Part shown: one piece after another, positions 12,731 to 22,391 of the stretch
Numbering within the stretch: position 1 is the first letter of the stretch
Layout of the letters: every line of letters starts with the position of its first letter
Notes under the pieces: generated by a model
Database searches by the model: none
What the model was told of the DNA's origin: nothing
Seen by the model: only the letters and a program-made list of their open reading frames with translations
Origin: Alistipes sp.
Lineage (GTDB): Bacteria > Bacteroidota > Bacteroidia > Bacteroidales > Rikenellaceae
Assembly (NCBI GenBank): GCA_031556075.1
Contig: JAVBTS010000002.1
Coordinates: forward strand, 14,016 to 78,015
Direction: 5' to 3'
Length of the DNA: 64,000 nt
Translations under genes and position numbers: made by a program

Positions 12731-12832
12731 CGTCATTGCGAGCGAGCAAAGCGAGCGTGGCAATCCGATTGCCTGCACCGCTTTGCAAATCATCGGATTG
12801 CCGCGTCGTCCTGCGGCTTCCTCGCAATGACG
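12731..12832. repeat. Palindromic intergenic element, family P, copy 1
   Basis: Terminal IR CGTCATTGCGAG/CTCGCAATGACG and inner IR GTGGCAATCCGAT/ATCGGATTGCCGC; homologous to 61565-61671. Confidence 0.85.
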
Positions 12833-12860
12833 CAGAGGACATTTTTTCAAAAACAGACAA

Positions 12861-14204
12861 ATGGCTCTTTTAAGCGCTTTTCAGAAATACATAACCGAAA
12901 ATGGCCTCGTCAAAAGCGACGACCGCATCCTGCTGACCGTCTCGGGCGGCGTGGATTCGATGGTCATGCTCTCGCTCTTCATCCAGAGCGGCTACACGGT
13001 AGGCGTCGCCCACTGCAACTTCCAGCTTCGCGGCGAGGAGAGCGACGAGGACGAAGTGCTGGTCGAGCAGGAGGCCGCCAGATACGGTGCCGCGTTCTAC
13101 AACAAACGCTTCGAAACCACCGCCGAGATGGAGCGCACCGGAGAGTCGATGGAGATGGCCGCGCGGCGCCTGCGCTACGCATGGTTCAACGAGTTGAGCC
13201 ATGAGCACGGCTACACCGTCGTCGCCACGGCCCATCATGCCGACGACTCGATCGAAACGTTCTTCATCAACCTGCTGCGCGGCACGGGACTTCGCGGCCT
13301 GACGGGTATCTCAACCCAGATCGAGCGCATCATCCGCCCGCTGATGTTCGCCTCGCGCAAGGAGATCCTCGAATACGCCGTGGCCAACCACATCCCGTTC
13401 CGCGAGGATTCGTCGAACCGCTCGACCAAATACCTGCGCAACAAGATCCGTCTGGGGCTCATCCCCCGCATCCGCGAGATAAACCCCAAATTCACCGACC
13501 TGATGCGCCGCAACATCTCGCGTCTGACCGATGCCCAACTCTTCATCACCCACGGTATCGAGCGCATACGCGCCGAGGCCGTGACAAGCCATGACGGCAT
13601 CGACACCATACACCTCGACCGCCTCGACCCGGCGTTTCCGCGCGAATTCGTGATCTACGAACTGCTCAATTCGGCCTACGGATTCAAGGGCGATGTGATC
13701 GACTCGCTGTGCCGCGCCATAAGCCAGGAGGCTACAGGCCGCAGGTTCTACTCGCGCGACCGCGTGGCGTTCGTCGACCGCGGAACGGTCGTCGTGACGC
13801 CCATAGCCCCCGAGGACAGCTGCACGACCACGGTCGAGCGCGGAGCCCTGCGCGCCTACGCCGGCAACTCGGTGCTCTACTTCGAATATGTCGACATCGA
13901 CCGCATCGACAACTTCGGCGTGCCCGAAAACATGGCCCAGCTCGACGCCGACAAGCTGCAATATCCGCTCACGCTGCGCCGCTGGCAGGAGGGCGATTCG
14001 TTCGTGCCGTTCGGCATGACGGGACGCAAGAAGGTGAGCGACTACCTGATCGACGCCAAGGTTTCGATGGCCGAAAAACAGCGCCAGTTCGTACTCGTGT
14101 CGGGCGAAGATATCGTGTGGCTCGCGGGACGCCGCATCGACGACCGCTACCGGCTGACCCCCGAAACCGAAAACGTGGTGCGCATAACAAAGGAGATAAT
14201 ATAG
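12861..14204 (+). CDS. tilS: tRNA(Ile)-lysidine synthetase
   Basis: SGGVDS PP-loop, HCNFQLRG, AARRLRY, AHHADDSIET, EDSSN...RNKIR. Confidence 0.96.
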   Translation: MALLSAFQKYITENGLVKSDDRILLTVSGGVDSMVMLSLFIQSGYTVGVAHCNFQLRGEESDEDEVLVEQEAARYGAAFYNKRFETTAEMERTGESMEMAARRLRYAWFNELSHEHGYTVVATAHHADDSIETFFINLLRGTGLRGLTGISTQIERIIRPLMFASRKEILEYAVANHIPFREDSSNRSTKYLRNKIRLGLIPRIREINPKFTDLMRRNISRLTDAQLFITHGIERIRAEAVTSHDGIDTIHLDRLDPAFPREFVIYELLNSAYGFKGDVIDSLCRAISQEATGRRFYSRDRVAFVDRGTVVVTPIAPEDSCTTTVERGALRAYAGNSVLYFEYVDIDRIDNFGVPENMAQLDADKLQYPLTLRRWQEGDSFVPFGMTGRKKVSDYLIDAKVSMAEKQRQFVLVSGEDIVWLAGRRIDDRYRLTPETENVVRITKEII

Positions 14205-14208
14205 TAAA

Positions 14209-14303
14209 TCGGCTCGCTTTGCGAGTCGGCAGGCCATAGCTCCGCCACGCGGTGGCCTGCTCTACACTTACGTTGCGAGCAGACCACCACAAGCTACGAC
14301 CTG
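14209..14303 (+). repeat. Structured intergenic repeat, family H, copy 1
   Basis: Aligns with 16161-16256, 38334-38432 (minus) and 61705-61777; long bulged hairpin. Confidence 0.75.
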
Positions 14304-14324
14304 AAAAAAAATAGCAATAGATCA

Positions 14325-15395
14325 ATGGCAAAGAGCGCTGTAAAGTTCAAAGACACGGTCGCCGACTGCGACCGTATAGCCGCCGACATCAAGGCACGCA
14401 AATTCGCACCCGTATATTTGCTTATGGGCGAGGAGAGCTACTTTATCGACACGCTCTCCGATCTGCTCGCCGCCACGATCCTCGACGAAGCAGAGAAGGC
14501 TTTCAATCAGATCACCGTCTACGGCAAGGATTCCGAGGCCGGCCAGGTCATCAACCTCTGCCGCCAGATGCCCATGATGGGCAAGTACCAGGTAGTAATT
14601 CTCAAGGAGGCGCAGCAGCTCAAAGGGCTCGACAAGCTCTCGCTCTACACCCAGAAGCCCTCGCCCACGACCATTCTGGTGATCTGCCACAAGGAGAAGA
14701 ACGCCGACAAGCGTCAGGCATTCTACAAAGGCTGTGCGGCCAACGGCGTGGTTCTGGAGTCGGTGCGTCCGCGCGACTACGAGATCACGGCATGGCTGCA
14801 GCAGTTCATCGGCGGCCGCGGAATGAGCATCGACCAGAAGGCCCTCTCGATGCTCACCGACCACCTCGGAACCGACATCTCGAAGATATCCAACGAACTG
14901 GGGAAACTCGCCGTATCGATGCCCGAGGGCACCAAACGCATCACCGACGCCGACATCGAGGCCAACATCGGCATCTCGAAGGATTTCAATAATTTCGAAC
15001 TTTGCAAAGCCGTAGCTACCAAAGATATGGCCCGCGCACTGATGATCGCCGAGCATTTTTCCCGAAATCCCAAAGAGAATCCCTTGCTGCTTACCGTCAT
15101 GGCGCTTTTCGGGCAGTTCCGCGACTACTTCGTCATAAACTACCTGCGCTGGCTGTCGAAGCACAAGGGCACGGCCTTCCCCGACGATATGGAGCTGATG
15201 CGCGTGCTGAAGAAGAACAACGTCTACGTTATCGGCGAGATCAAACAACTCTCGGCGGGCTGGGACAACCGCAAGGTTTTCTCGATCCTGGGCCTTCTGC
15301 GCGAATACGACGGCAAAAGCAAAGGCCTGAACTCGGGCGGCGCACCCGACGGAGAGCTTTTGCGCGAGCTGCTGCTCAAAATATTCCTGCTGTGA
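14325..15395 (+). CDS. holA: DNA polymerase III delta subunit
   Basis: PVYLLMGEESYFID, QMPMMGKYQVVILKEAQ, IGISKDFNNFEL. Confidence 0.92.
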   Translation: MAKSAVKFKDTVADCDRIAADIKARKFAPVYLLMGEESYFIDTLSDLLAATILDEAEKAFNQITVYGKDSEAGQVINLCRQMPMMGKYQVVILKEAQQLKGLDKLSLYTQKPSPTTILVICHKEKNADKRQAFYKGCAANGVVLESVRPRDYEITAWLQQFIGGRGMSIDQKALSMLTDHLGTDISKISNELGKLAVSMPEGTKRITDADIEANIGISKDFNNFELCKAVATKDMARALMIAEHFSRNPKENPLLLTVMALFGQFRDYFVINYLRWLSKHKGTAFPDDMELMRVLKKNNVYVIGEIKQLSAGWDNRKVFSILGLLREYDGKSKGLNSGGAPDGELLRELLLKIFLL

Positions 15396-16108
15396 TCGAC
15401 CTATATATATATCAGACAGTACACCTGGCCGGGGGGCGCGCACGGCTTGTCGCCGAGCATGCCGCGGTGCTCGATACCGCCGCCCGGGCCGTTTTCGGGA
15501 GTAGCTACAAGCCCGACATCCGCGCCCTCACCACCCGGATCGAAGTTGCGGCGGCTGCCGAGCGCTATTCGAAGGAGTGGTCGTGCTTCGTGCGCATAGA
15601 GCTGACAGCCGGGGGCGAAGAACGCTTTATTCCCGCAGGGACGTCGCTCTACGACGGCTATGCCCTGCGCAGTCTTACGCCCGACGCGGCCTGCGTGTTT
15701 TACGACCTGCCGTTCTCCGACGCCCACACCTCGGCGCGCGATGCCGCGGCACAGCTGGCGGCCGTGCAGGCCCTTCGCTGCGGGAACGACATCGCCGTGC
15801 GCTGCAGCAGCGAAGGCGTAGCGCTCACGGCCGACGATGCGCCGCTGTTTGCCATAAAAAATAAACTCGTAACAACCTCGCCGGCCGAGGCGTCGGTCGA
15901 GCGCGACCTCGCCGTGCGGGCTGCGCGCGCCGCGGGATTCGAGGTCGAGGAGCGGGCTATTATGTTCGAGGAGCTTTCGCGCTTCGACGAGCTTTTCTAC
16001 GCCGACCACCGGGGCATCACCTCGCTGGCCCATTGCGACTCCCTCGCCTATATGTCGCTCGCCGCCGAACGCATCGCCGCGGCGATGGAGGGGCTTTTCA
16101 GCAAATAA
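15392..16108 (+). CDS. Aminotransferase class IV / ADC-lyase-fold protein, degenerate
   Basis: GTG start overlaps the holA TGA; C-terminal VEERAIMFEELSRFDELFYADHRGI resembles class IV fold; catalytic Lys not evident. Confidence 0.6.
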   Translation: MIDLYIYQTVHLAGGRARLVAEHAAVLDTAARAVFGSSYKPDIRALTTRIEVAAAAERYSKEWSCFVRIELTAGGEERFIPAGTSLYDGYALRSLTPDAACVFYDLPFSDAHTSARDAAAQLAAVQALRCGNDIAVRCSSEGVALTADDAPLFAIKNKLVTTSPAEASVERDLAVRAARAAGFEVEERAIMFEELSRFDELFYADHRGITSLAHCDSLAYMSLAAERIAAAMEGLFSK

Positions 16109-16160
16109 ATCAATGCTTTTCGGGCCGCGATAAGGTTTTTGGCAGGCAGGGGCCGGGCTT

Positions 16161-16256
16161 TTGGCAGGCTTGTAAAGTCTGCCGGCGGGCCGCAGCTCCG
16201 CTCTGCGGAGGCCCGCATATATTAAGTATATGCAGTCCGTCGCGAGCCGCGGGCCG
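16161..16256 (+). repeat. Structured intergenic repeat, family H, copy 2
   Basis: GGCAGGCTTGTAAAGTCTGCC hairpin, then GGCCGCAGCTCCGCTCTGCGGAGGCCCGCATATATTAAGTATATGC...; homologous to the other copies. Confidence 0.8.
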
Positions 16257-16338
16257 AGAATGAAACCCCCGTTTTTCGCGAAGGTTTAGAAAACCAGCCC
16301 CGGCACTGCGTATTATCTTTGCGGAAATACCGCAAATC

Positions 16339-16932
16339 ATGAAAAAATACCTGTTTATCTACGCCGTCGCCGTGACGGCTTTGCTCGTTTGGGGCCCGCG
16401 CCATTACCGCACCGAAAACACCCGTCTGACCCAAAATCAGCACGCGCTGACCACCGACATCGAACACTACCGCACACGGCTCGGCCATGAAGCCGCATCG
16501 ACGCAGGCGCTGCGCCTGCGGTGCTCCGAATTCGAGGAGCTCCGGGCCGCCGACGCAGAGGCGATACGCGCGCTGGGACTGAAACTCCGCCGCATGGAAG
16601 CCGCCGCCAGGACCATTACCGCCACAACGCTGGATCTCGCCGCACCGCTCCGCGACACGATCGTCATAAGGCTCCGCGACACGACGATCGTCCGCGACAC
16701 CGTGCGCCTATTCCGCTGGCGCGACCCGTGGGTCACGGTCGAAGGTGAGGTACGCGCCGACTCTGTGGCATGCCGCGTCGGGAGCGCCGACACCCTGCGG
16801 CAGGTCGTGCACCGCATCCCGCGGCGCTTTCTGTTCATACGCTGGGGCACGAAGGCGCTGCGGCAGGAGGTCTGGTCGTCGAATCCGCACACGCGCATCG
16901 TTTATTCGGAGTATGTGAAAATCGAAAGGTAA
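16339..16932 (+). CDS. Membrane-anchored coiled-coil protein, DUF6549-like
   Basis: N-terminal TM, coiled coil, RDT repeats, C-terminal FLFIRWGTK...SNPHTRI; own TATCTTTG box at 16314-16321. Confidence 0.6.
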   Translation: MKKYLFIYAVAVTALLVWGPRHYRTENTRLTQNQHALTTDIEHYRTRLGHEAASTQALRLRCSEFEELRAADAEAIRALGLKLRRMEAAARTITATTLDLAAPLRDTIVIRLRDTTIVRDTVRLFRWRDPWVTVEGEVRADSVACRVGSADTLRQVVHRIPRRFLFIRWGTKALRQEVWSSNPHTRIVYSEYVKIER

Positions 16933-17002
16933 AAATCTGCCCGGCGAAACTTTTCACTTTTCACTTTTCAACTTTCGCCTTATTTTTCTATCTTTGTCCG
17001 AT

Positions 17003-17473
17003 ATGGAGCGTACAGCAATCTTCCCCGGGTCGTTCGACCCGTTCACGCGCGGTCACGCGGCACTTGTCGACGAGGCGCTATGCCTTTTCGATAAGGTCGT
17101 CATAGGCATCGGCAACAACTCGACAAAAAAGGGATTGTTGACCGTCGAGAACCGCAAACGCCTTATCGACGACCTCTATGCCGGTAATCCGCGCGTCGAA
17201 GCCCGCATCTACACGGGTCTCACGGGCGAATTCGCCGAGCAGGAGAGTGCATGTGCCATCATCCGCGGCGTGCGCAACACCACCGATTTCGAATACGAAC
17301 GCACGATGGAGGCCACCAACCACCGCCTCTACCGCGACATTATCACCGTCATGCTCTTCACCCCGGCCCCCGTCGCCGACATCTCGTCGTCGACCGTGCG
17401 CGAGGTGCTGTCGTTCGGCCGCACGGTCGAGGAGTTCATGCCCGAAGGAGTAGATATTAATAAATACATATAA
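17003..17473 (+). CDS. coaD: Phosphopantetheine adenylyltransferase
   Basis: FPGSFDPFTRGH, IIRGVRNTTDFEYE, ISSSTVRE. Confidence 0.96.
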   Translation: MERTAIFPGSFDPFTRGHAALVDEALCLFDKVVIGIGNNSTKKGLLTVENRKRLIDDLYAGNPRVEARIYTGLTGEFAEQESACAIIRGVRNTTDFEYERTMEATNHRLYRDIITVMLFTPAPVADISSSTVREVLSFGRTVEEFMPEGVDINKYI

Positions 17474-17477
17474 TTTT

Positions 17478-18512
17478 ATGATGGAATTCACAGCCGAAAT
17501 GATCGCCGGATTTCTCGGCGGCGAGGTCGTCGGCGACAAAAACACCAAGGTTCACACCATCTCCTCGATCGAGGAGGGCAAGGCGGGCTCTATGGCCTAT
17601 CTGACGAACCCCAAATACGAGGAGTTCGTCTACACCACCGGCGCGAGCATCGTTCTGGTCAACCGCTCGTTCGAGCCTTCGCAGAAGGTCGCCGCGACGC
17701 TCGTCAAAGTCGACGACGCCGGAGCCTGCGTGCTGAAGCTGCTCGAAATGTACAACGCCGCAAAACCCAAACGCACGGGCGTGAGCACGATGGCCTCCAT
17801 ATCGGAGAAGGCCGAGGTGGGCGAAGGTTGCTACGTGGGCGACTTCACGGTCGTCGAAGGCGGAGCGAAGGTCGGCAAAAACTGCCAGATATACCCCCAG
17901 GTCTACATAGGCGCAGGCTGCACCGTGGGCGAGGGAACCACCCTCTACCCCGGGGTTAAAATCTATGAGGGCTGCCATGTGGGCAACCACTGCATCCTCC
18001 ACGCGGGAGCCGTGATCGGAGCCGACGGATTCGGCTTCATGCCCAATGCCGAGGGCGGTTTCGACAAGATCCCCCAGTTGGGCAACGTCATCATCGAGGA
18101 CAATGTCGAGATCGGTGCCAACACCTGCATCGACCGCGCGAAGACCGACTCGACGATCGTACGGCGCGGCGTGAAGCTCGACAACCTCATTCAGCTGGGC
18201 CACAACGTCCAGGTGGGCGAGCACACCGTGATGTCGGCGCAGACCGGTATCGCCGGGACCTCGAAGGTCGGCCACAACTGCTTCCTCGCGGGGCAAGTCG
18301 GGGTCGCCGACCACATAACGATCGGCGACGGCGTCAAGATCGGCTCGCAGAGCGGCATCGACAAGAGCGTCGGCGACGGCGAGGTGCGTCTGGGCAGCCC
18401 TGCGCTCCCCGGCATGCAGTACCACCGTGCGACGGCTATATTCAAGAACCTCCCCGACCTGGCAAAGCGGGTCGGCGAACTCGAAAAACAACTCACCGCA
18501 CTTCAAAAATAG
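17478..18512 (+). CDS. lpxD: UDP-3-O-acyl-glucosamine N-acyltransferase
   Basis: Hexapeptide repeats, IGADGFGF, EIGANTCIDRA, KLDNLIQLGHNV. Confidence 0.96.
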   Translation: MMEFTAEMIAGFLGGEVVGDKNTKVHTISSIEEGKAGSMAYLTNPKYEEFVYTTGASIVLVNRSFEPSQKVAATLVKVDDAGACVLKLLEMYNAAKPKRTGVSTMASISEKAEVGEGCYVGDFTVVEGGAKVGKNCQIYPQVYIGAGCTVGEGTTLYPGVKIYEGCHVGNHCILHAGAVIGADGFGFMPNAEGGFDKIPQLGNVIIEDNVEIGANTCIDRAKTDSTIVRRGVKLDNLIQLGHNVQVGEHTVMSAQTGIAGTSKVGHNCFLAGQVGVADHITIGDGVKIGSQSGIDKSVGDGEVRLGSPALPGMQYHRATAIFKNLPDLAKRVGELEKQLTALQK

Positions 18513-18518
18513 AAAACT

Positions 18519-19568
18519 ATGAAAAAAACTCTCTTTATCGCACTCATCGCCACACTGCTCTGCAGCTGCGGCGGCAAGAAATTCATCGTTCAGGGCCAGA
18601 TCGAAGGCCTCGAGGGCACGGTCTACATGTTCCAGGGCGACAGCCTGATCGACTCGGCGGCCGTGGTCAACGGAGCCTTCGAACTCAAGGGCAAGGCCGA
18701 CGCCACGGTATTCCGCACGCTTCTCGACTCGCGCGAGGGTAATCCTCAGAACCTCGCCGTGCGCTTCATCCCCGAGGAGGGCACGATCATCGTCACCGCC
18801 GATGCCGAGCACCCCATACGTAAGATCGCGACCGGCACCCCGACCAACGACGCCAGCGCAGCCTACAACAAGGCCGCGCAGGCTCTGATGACAGAGTACC
18901 GCAATCCCGAAACTACCGACGAGCGCCGCGAGGCCATCGAGACGGAGTACGACCAGCTCACAGCCGATGCTGTCGACGCCAACCTGAACAACCTCTTCGG
19001 CGTGATGATGCTCCAGAGCTCGGTCTACGACCTCTCGGGTCAGGAGATCCTCGACAAGATCGCAGCCTTCACCCCCGAGATGCAGGCTTCGGAGATGATG
19101 ACCAAAATCAAAGAGATGGCCGAGGCCAAGAAGAACACCGAAGTAGGTCAACCCTACATCGAGATCGAGCAGCCAAATGCCGATGGCCAGATCGTAACCC
19201 TCACCTCTGTTGTCCGCCATCCCGCCACCAAATATGTCCTCGTCGACTTCTGGGCATCGTGGTGCAGTCCCTGTATGGGCGAGGTTCCGGTGATGCTCAA
19301 GACCTACAAAGAGTTCCACGACAAGGGCTTCGAGATCTACGGCGTGTCGTTCGACAACAACCGCGAGAAGTGGCTCGGCGCGATCGAGGCCAACGGCATG
19401 AACTGGATTCACGTCAGCGAGCTTAAGAGCTTCGATAACCAGGCTGCGCGCGACTACGCGATCCAGGGCATCCCCTCGAACTTCCTGATCAGCGCCGACG
19501 GCGACATTGTCGCCACGAACCTCCGCGGCGAGGCTCTCTACGAGAAGGTAGCCGAGTTGCTGAAGTAA
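18519..19568 (+). CDS. TlpA/AhpC-TSA thiol-disulfide oxidoreductase lipoprotein (DUF4369-type N-terminus)
   Basis: Lipobox LCSC; DFWASWCSPC; cis-Pro GIPSNFLI. Confidence 0.88.
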   Translation: MKKTLFIALIATLLCSCGGKKFIVQGQIEGLEGTVYMFQGDSLIDSAAVVNGAFELKGKADATVFRTLLDSREGNPQNLAVRFIPEEGTIIVTADAEHPIRKIATGTPTNDASAAYNKAAQALMTEYRNPETTDERREAIETEYDQLTADAVDANLNNLFGVMMLQSSVYDLSGQEILDKIAAFTPEMQASEMMTKIKEMAEAKKNTEVGQPYIEIEQPNADGQIVTLTSVVRHPATKYVLVDFWASWCSPCMGEVPVMLKTYKEFHDKGFEIYGVSFDNNREKWLGAIEANGMNWIHVSELKSFDNQAARDYAIQGIPSNFLISADGDIVATNLRGEALYEKVAELLK

Positions 19569-19569
19569 T

Positions 19570-20187
19570 ATGCCTTCGAAAGCGCCATACCGCATCATGG
19601 GCATCGACCCCGGCACCAACTACATGGGTTACGGTGTCCTGGAGGTCGAGGGCCGTACGGTCCGGTCGGTGGTGCTTGGCGATATCGATCTGCATAAGCT
19701 TGCGGATCCCTACTCAAAGTTGCGCTATATCTTCGAGCGCGTGGGAGCACTCATCGACGAGTACTCCCCGCGCGAAGTGGCGCTCGAATCGCCCTTCTTC
19801 AGCGAGAATGTGCAGTCGATGCTCAAACTCGGAAGGGCCCAGGGTGTGGCGATGGCCGCGGCGTTGAGCCGCGGCCTGCCCGTCTTCGAATACGCCCCCA
19901 CGCGCATTAAACAGAGCATCACGGGCCGCGGATCGGCCGGCAAGGATCAGGTGGCCGCGATCGTCTGCCGCACGCTCGCCGTCGACGCACCGCCCAAACG
20001 GCTCGACGCCACCGACGGCATGGCCGTAGCCCTCTGCCACCACTTCACGGTCTCCAATCCGATCAACGCCGCCATGGGCGACGAGCGCAAAAAAGGGCTC
20101 GGCGGCGGCAAGAAAGCCGCCTCGAAAAACGGTTCCCAAAGCTGGGAGAAGTTTCTCAAAAACAACCCCGACCGGGAGATCAAATAA
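19570..20187 (+). CDS. ruvC: Holliday junction resolvase RuvC
   Basis: IMGIDPG, ALESPFF, KLGRAQG, DATDGMAVALCH. Confidence 0.95.
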   Translation: MPSKAPYRIMGIDPGTNYMGYGVLEVEGRTVRSVVLGDIDLHKLADPYSKLRYIFERVGALIDEYSPREVALESPFFSENVQSMLKLGRAQGVAMAAALSRGLPVFEYAPTRIKQSITGRGSAGKDQVAAIVCRTLAVDAPPKRLDATDGMAVALCHHFTVSNPINAAMGDERKKGLGGGKKAASKNGSQSWEKFLKNNPDREIK

Positions 20188-20200
20188 TACTTATTATATA

Positions 20201-21244
20201 ATGAAACACTTGCCAGCTGCCGTAGCGGCCGTATTTCTGTGTTCGTGCGGACACGCCGACTACACCCTCACCGGCACGCTGCCCGATCTTATTCCGGGCG
20301 ACTCGGTGTTCCTGCTGGCGGCCGACTATTCCGAGCTGGCCTCGGGCATCGTACGCCCCGACAGCACCTTCACGATCCGCGGGCGTGCCGCGGAACCCGC
20401 TTTGGCATGGCTTGCCGACCAGGACCGTTATCCGATCGCCAATACGTATGTCATTCTCGAGCCGGGAGTTATCGCCGTCGCCCCAACCGGCGAATTTGTC
20501 GCCGACATCACGGGCACGCCGTTGAACGACCGCAAGGCGGCATTCCTCACCCAGTGGAAAAACTCTTTCGCAAAATTATACGATACGGACAACGAGGCGA
20601 CAGCCCGGGCCCGGCGCGCCGAACGGCAAGAGCTCGTCAAACAGACCATCGACGCCAATCTCGATAACATCTTCGGCGCGGAGTTGTTTGTCGAGCGGGA
20701 GTTCGACCCGGGCAACCCGCTGGCCTCGGAGGCCCACCTCACCCAATTTTCCGCCCGAATGCGCCAGTATCCCCCACTGCAACGCATTCAGCAACGCATA
20801 GATGCGGTGGTAAATACAGAGATCGGCCAGACCTATACAGATCTGTCGCTACCCTCTTCCGACGGTACGCCCATAGCCCTTTCGTCGCTCGCCAACGGCA
20901 GGCACTGGGTGCTGTTGCAATTCTGGGCCGCCTGGTGCTCCGACAGCCGCAGCTATATGGCGCGTCTGGGTGAAATGAACGAGGCACTACGGAATTGCGG
21001 CGTCGAGGTCTATGCCGTGTCGCTCGACAACGACGACGCGCGCTGGCGGGGCTATCTCTCTTCGCACAATATGCCCTGGACGAACGTTCTGGGCGTCGAC
21101 GGCCAAAAACAGAGCACGGCGGCAGAGCGCTACGGCGTCTATAGCATCCCCGCCAACTTCCTCATCGCGCCCGACGGCACCATCGCAGCCCGCAACCTCG
21201 CGCCCGAGGCCCTGCTGGCGTTGCCGGAGAGCTTCAGGCGGTAG
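20201..21244 (+). CDS. TlpA-like lipoprotein paralog with CxxS site
   Basis: Lipobox LCSC; FWAAWCSDS; shares GTPxND and ANLxNxFG with 18519-19568. Confidence 0.8.
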   Translation: MKHLPAAVAAVFLCSCGHADYTLTGTLPDLIPGDSVFLLAADYSELASGIVRPDSTFTIRGRAAEPALAWLADQDRYPIANTYVILEPGVIAVAPTGEFVADITGTPLNDRKAAFLTQWKNSFAKLYDTDNEATARARRAERQELVKQTIDANLDNIFGAELFVEREFDPGNPLASEAHLTQFSARMRQYPPLQRIQQRIDAVVNTEIGQTYTDLSLPSSDGTPIALSSLANGRHWVLLQFWAAWCSDSRSYMARLGEMNEALRNCGVEVYAVSLDNDDARWRGYLSSHNMPWTNVLGVDGQKQSTAAERYGVYSIPANFLIAPDGTIAARNLAPEALLALPESFRR

Positions 21245-21332
21245 GCCCTGGACCATCGCATACGACATAACATATTGATTTTACGTAAATTACCCACATA
21301 CGTCTTTTTTAATAAAATTTCTGCGTAATTTA

Positions 21333-21364
21333 TTTGCGTAATTCGGATTTTTGCCCTACATTTG
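21333..21364 (+). promoter_or_regulatory. Promoter of tRNA-Arg
   Basis: TTTG at 21333-21336 and TACATTTG at 21357-21364, 12 nt before the tRNA. Confidence 0.7.
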
Positions 21365-21376
21365 CACACGCAATTC

Positions 21377-21450
21377 GGCACCGTAGCTTAATTGAATAGA
21401 GCATCTGACTACGGATCAGAAGGTTATAGGTTTGAGTCCTATCGGTGTCA
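21377..21450 (+). tRNA. tRNA-Arg (anticodon ACG)
   Basis: Cloverleaf: acceptor GGCACCG/CGGTGTC, anticodon arm TCTGA-CTACGGA-TCAGA, T arm ATAGG-TTTGAGT-CCTAT; CCA not encoded. Confidence 0.95.
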
Positions 21451-21453
21451 CAA
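21407..21453 (+). repeat. Left att core (3' part of tRNA-Arg)
   Basis: GACTACGGATCAGAAGGTTATAGGTTTGAGTCCTATCGGTGTCACAA, identical to 33886-33932. Confidence 0.95.
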
Positions 21454-21457
21454 GTTG

Positions 21458-21500
21458 AAAATCAAAGGGTTACGAGTAAAATCGCAACCCTTTATTTTTT
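21458..21500 (+). terminator. Element-supplied terminator for the tRNA
   Basis: AAAGGGTTACGA...TCGCAACCCTTT hairpin followed by a T run. Confidence 0.6.
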
Positions 21501-21504
21501 GCCG

Positions 21505-21526
21505 TTTGCATACAATTTGCATACAA
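21505..21526 (+). repeat. Putative integrase arm-type sites (left)
   Basis: Tandem TTTGCATACAA x2; the same 11-mer recurs at 33719-33759. Confidence 0.75.
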
Positions 21527-21633
21527 CTTCGCCGATTCTCTATTTTGAGGGTGCTTCTTGTATACCATAATTTTTTCCCACATAGACTCATATACGCCTC
21601 GTAGTTATCCTCTAACTCGCAAGAAAAGAATAC

Positions 21634-21673
21634 AAACAAAATAGCCCCTGCAGTTGCAGGGGCTATTTTGTTT
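21634..21673. terminator. Strong inverted repeat / bidirectional terminator near the left end of the element
   Basis: AAACAAAATAGCCCCTGCA-GT-TGCAGGGGCTATTTTGTTT, 19-bp perfect arms. Confidence 0.8.
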
Positions 21674-22035
21674 AAGTAAAAAAGTGGGGTTAGGTTATGA
21701 TTTATTTACAGTAAAATACGCTTTTTATTTCAAAAAGTTTCATAAAACGCCCTAATTATCAAAATATAACGCAGCTTAACTATGGTCAAAGCTCCATTTT
21801 TGCCACTGTTAGCCCTAAATGGGCTTGTTGTGGTTGAATATTTCCAATATCTATCAGTCTTTTTACAAAAGAAATAAAGTGACCAATCCGCTTATGTTTA
21901 CTCTGTTCCCATTCAACAAAGATACCATCGGTCTATATAAAAAACAATACATTTTATTCAGAAAAGAAGAGACACATATTTTATATGGGTCGGCAAAAAA
22001 CATCCGGAGCGCTCACACCACCCCGGATTGCTCAA

Positions 22036-22389
22036 TCATTCCACCTCAATCCCGGCTTTCTTAATAGCCTCTTTCCAGATCTCCCGCGCACGCTGTATCC
22101 CTTCCTCAAACTCAAATAATTCCTTCATAAAAAATGTATCATCACACTCGTTACCCGGAATAAGATTATACATTGCCCGCAACTCCTTCAACACCTCCGC
22201 AGGGTCTTCATTTTCTTGGCGTTCAAGCCAACCCTCTCCATTCTGAATAGAGCTAACGATATCGATATATCTATGTCGATTTTCGATAAACCGCCTCAAA
22301 ATGCCAAAATCACCATATCCCAGCTTAAAATAAGCAAGAGCATTATATATATCTTTAGCAAACCCCTCTGAAATTGTAATTGTACTCAT
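22036..22389 (-). CDS. Hypothetical protein (117 aa, acidic, helical)
   Basis: Third gene of a tightly packed leftward operon; ATG 2 bp after the upstream stop. Confidence 0.7.
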   Translation of the reverse strand: MSTITISEGFAKDIYNALAYFKLGYGDFGILRRFIENRHRYIDIVSSIQNGEGWLERQENEDPAEVLKELRAMYNLIPGNECDDTFFMKELFEFEEGIQRAREIWKEAIKKAGIEVE

Positions 22390-22391
22390 AA

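Noticed and set aside
14209-14303. Family H hairpins as integron attC sites or simple terminators
   Set aside because: No RYYYAAC/GTTRRRY ends or integron integrase, no U-tails, and two copies follow separate true terminators
21680-22030. ORF 21819-22064 (+) and other short ORFs near the left att
   Set aside because: AT-rich, no motifs, overlaps the convergent gene; coding status is unsupported
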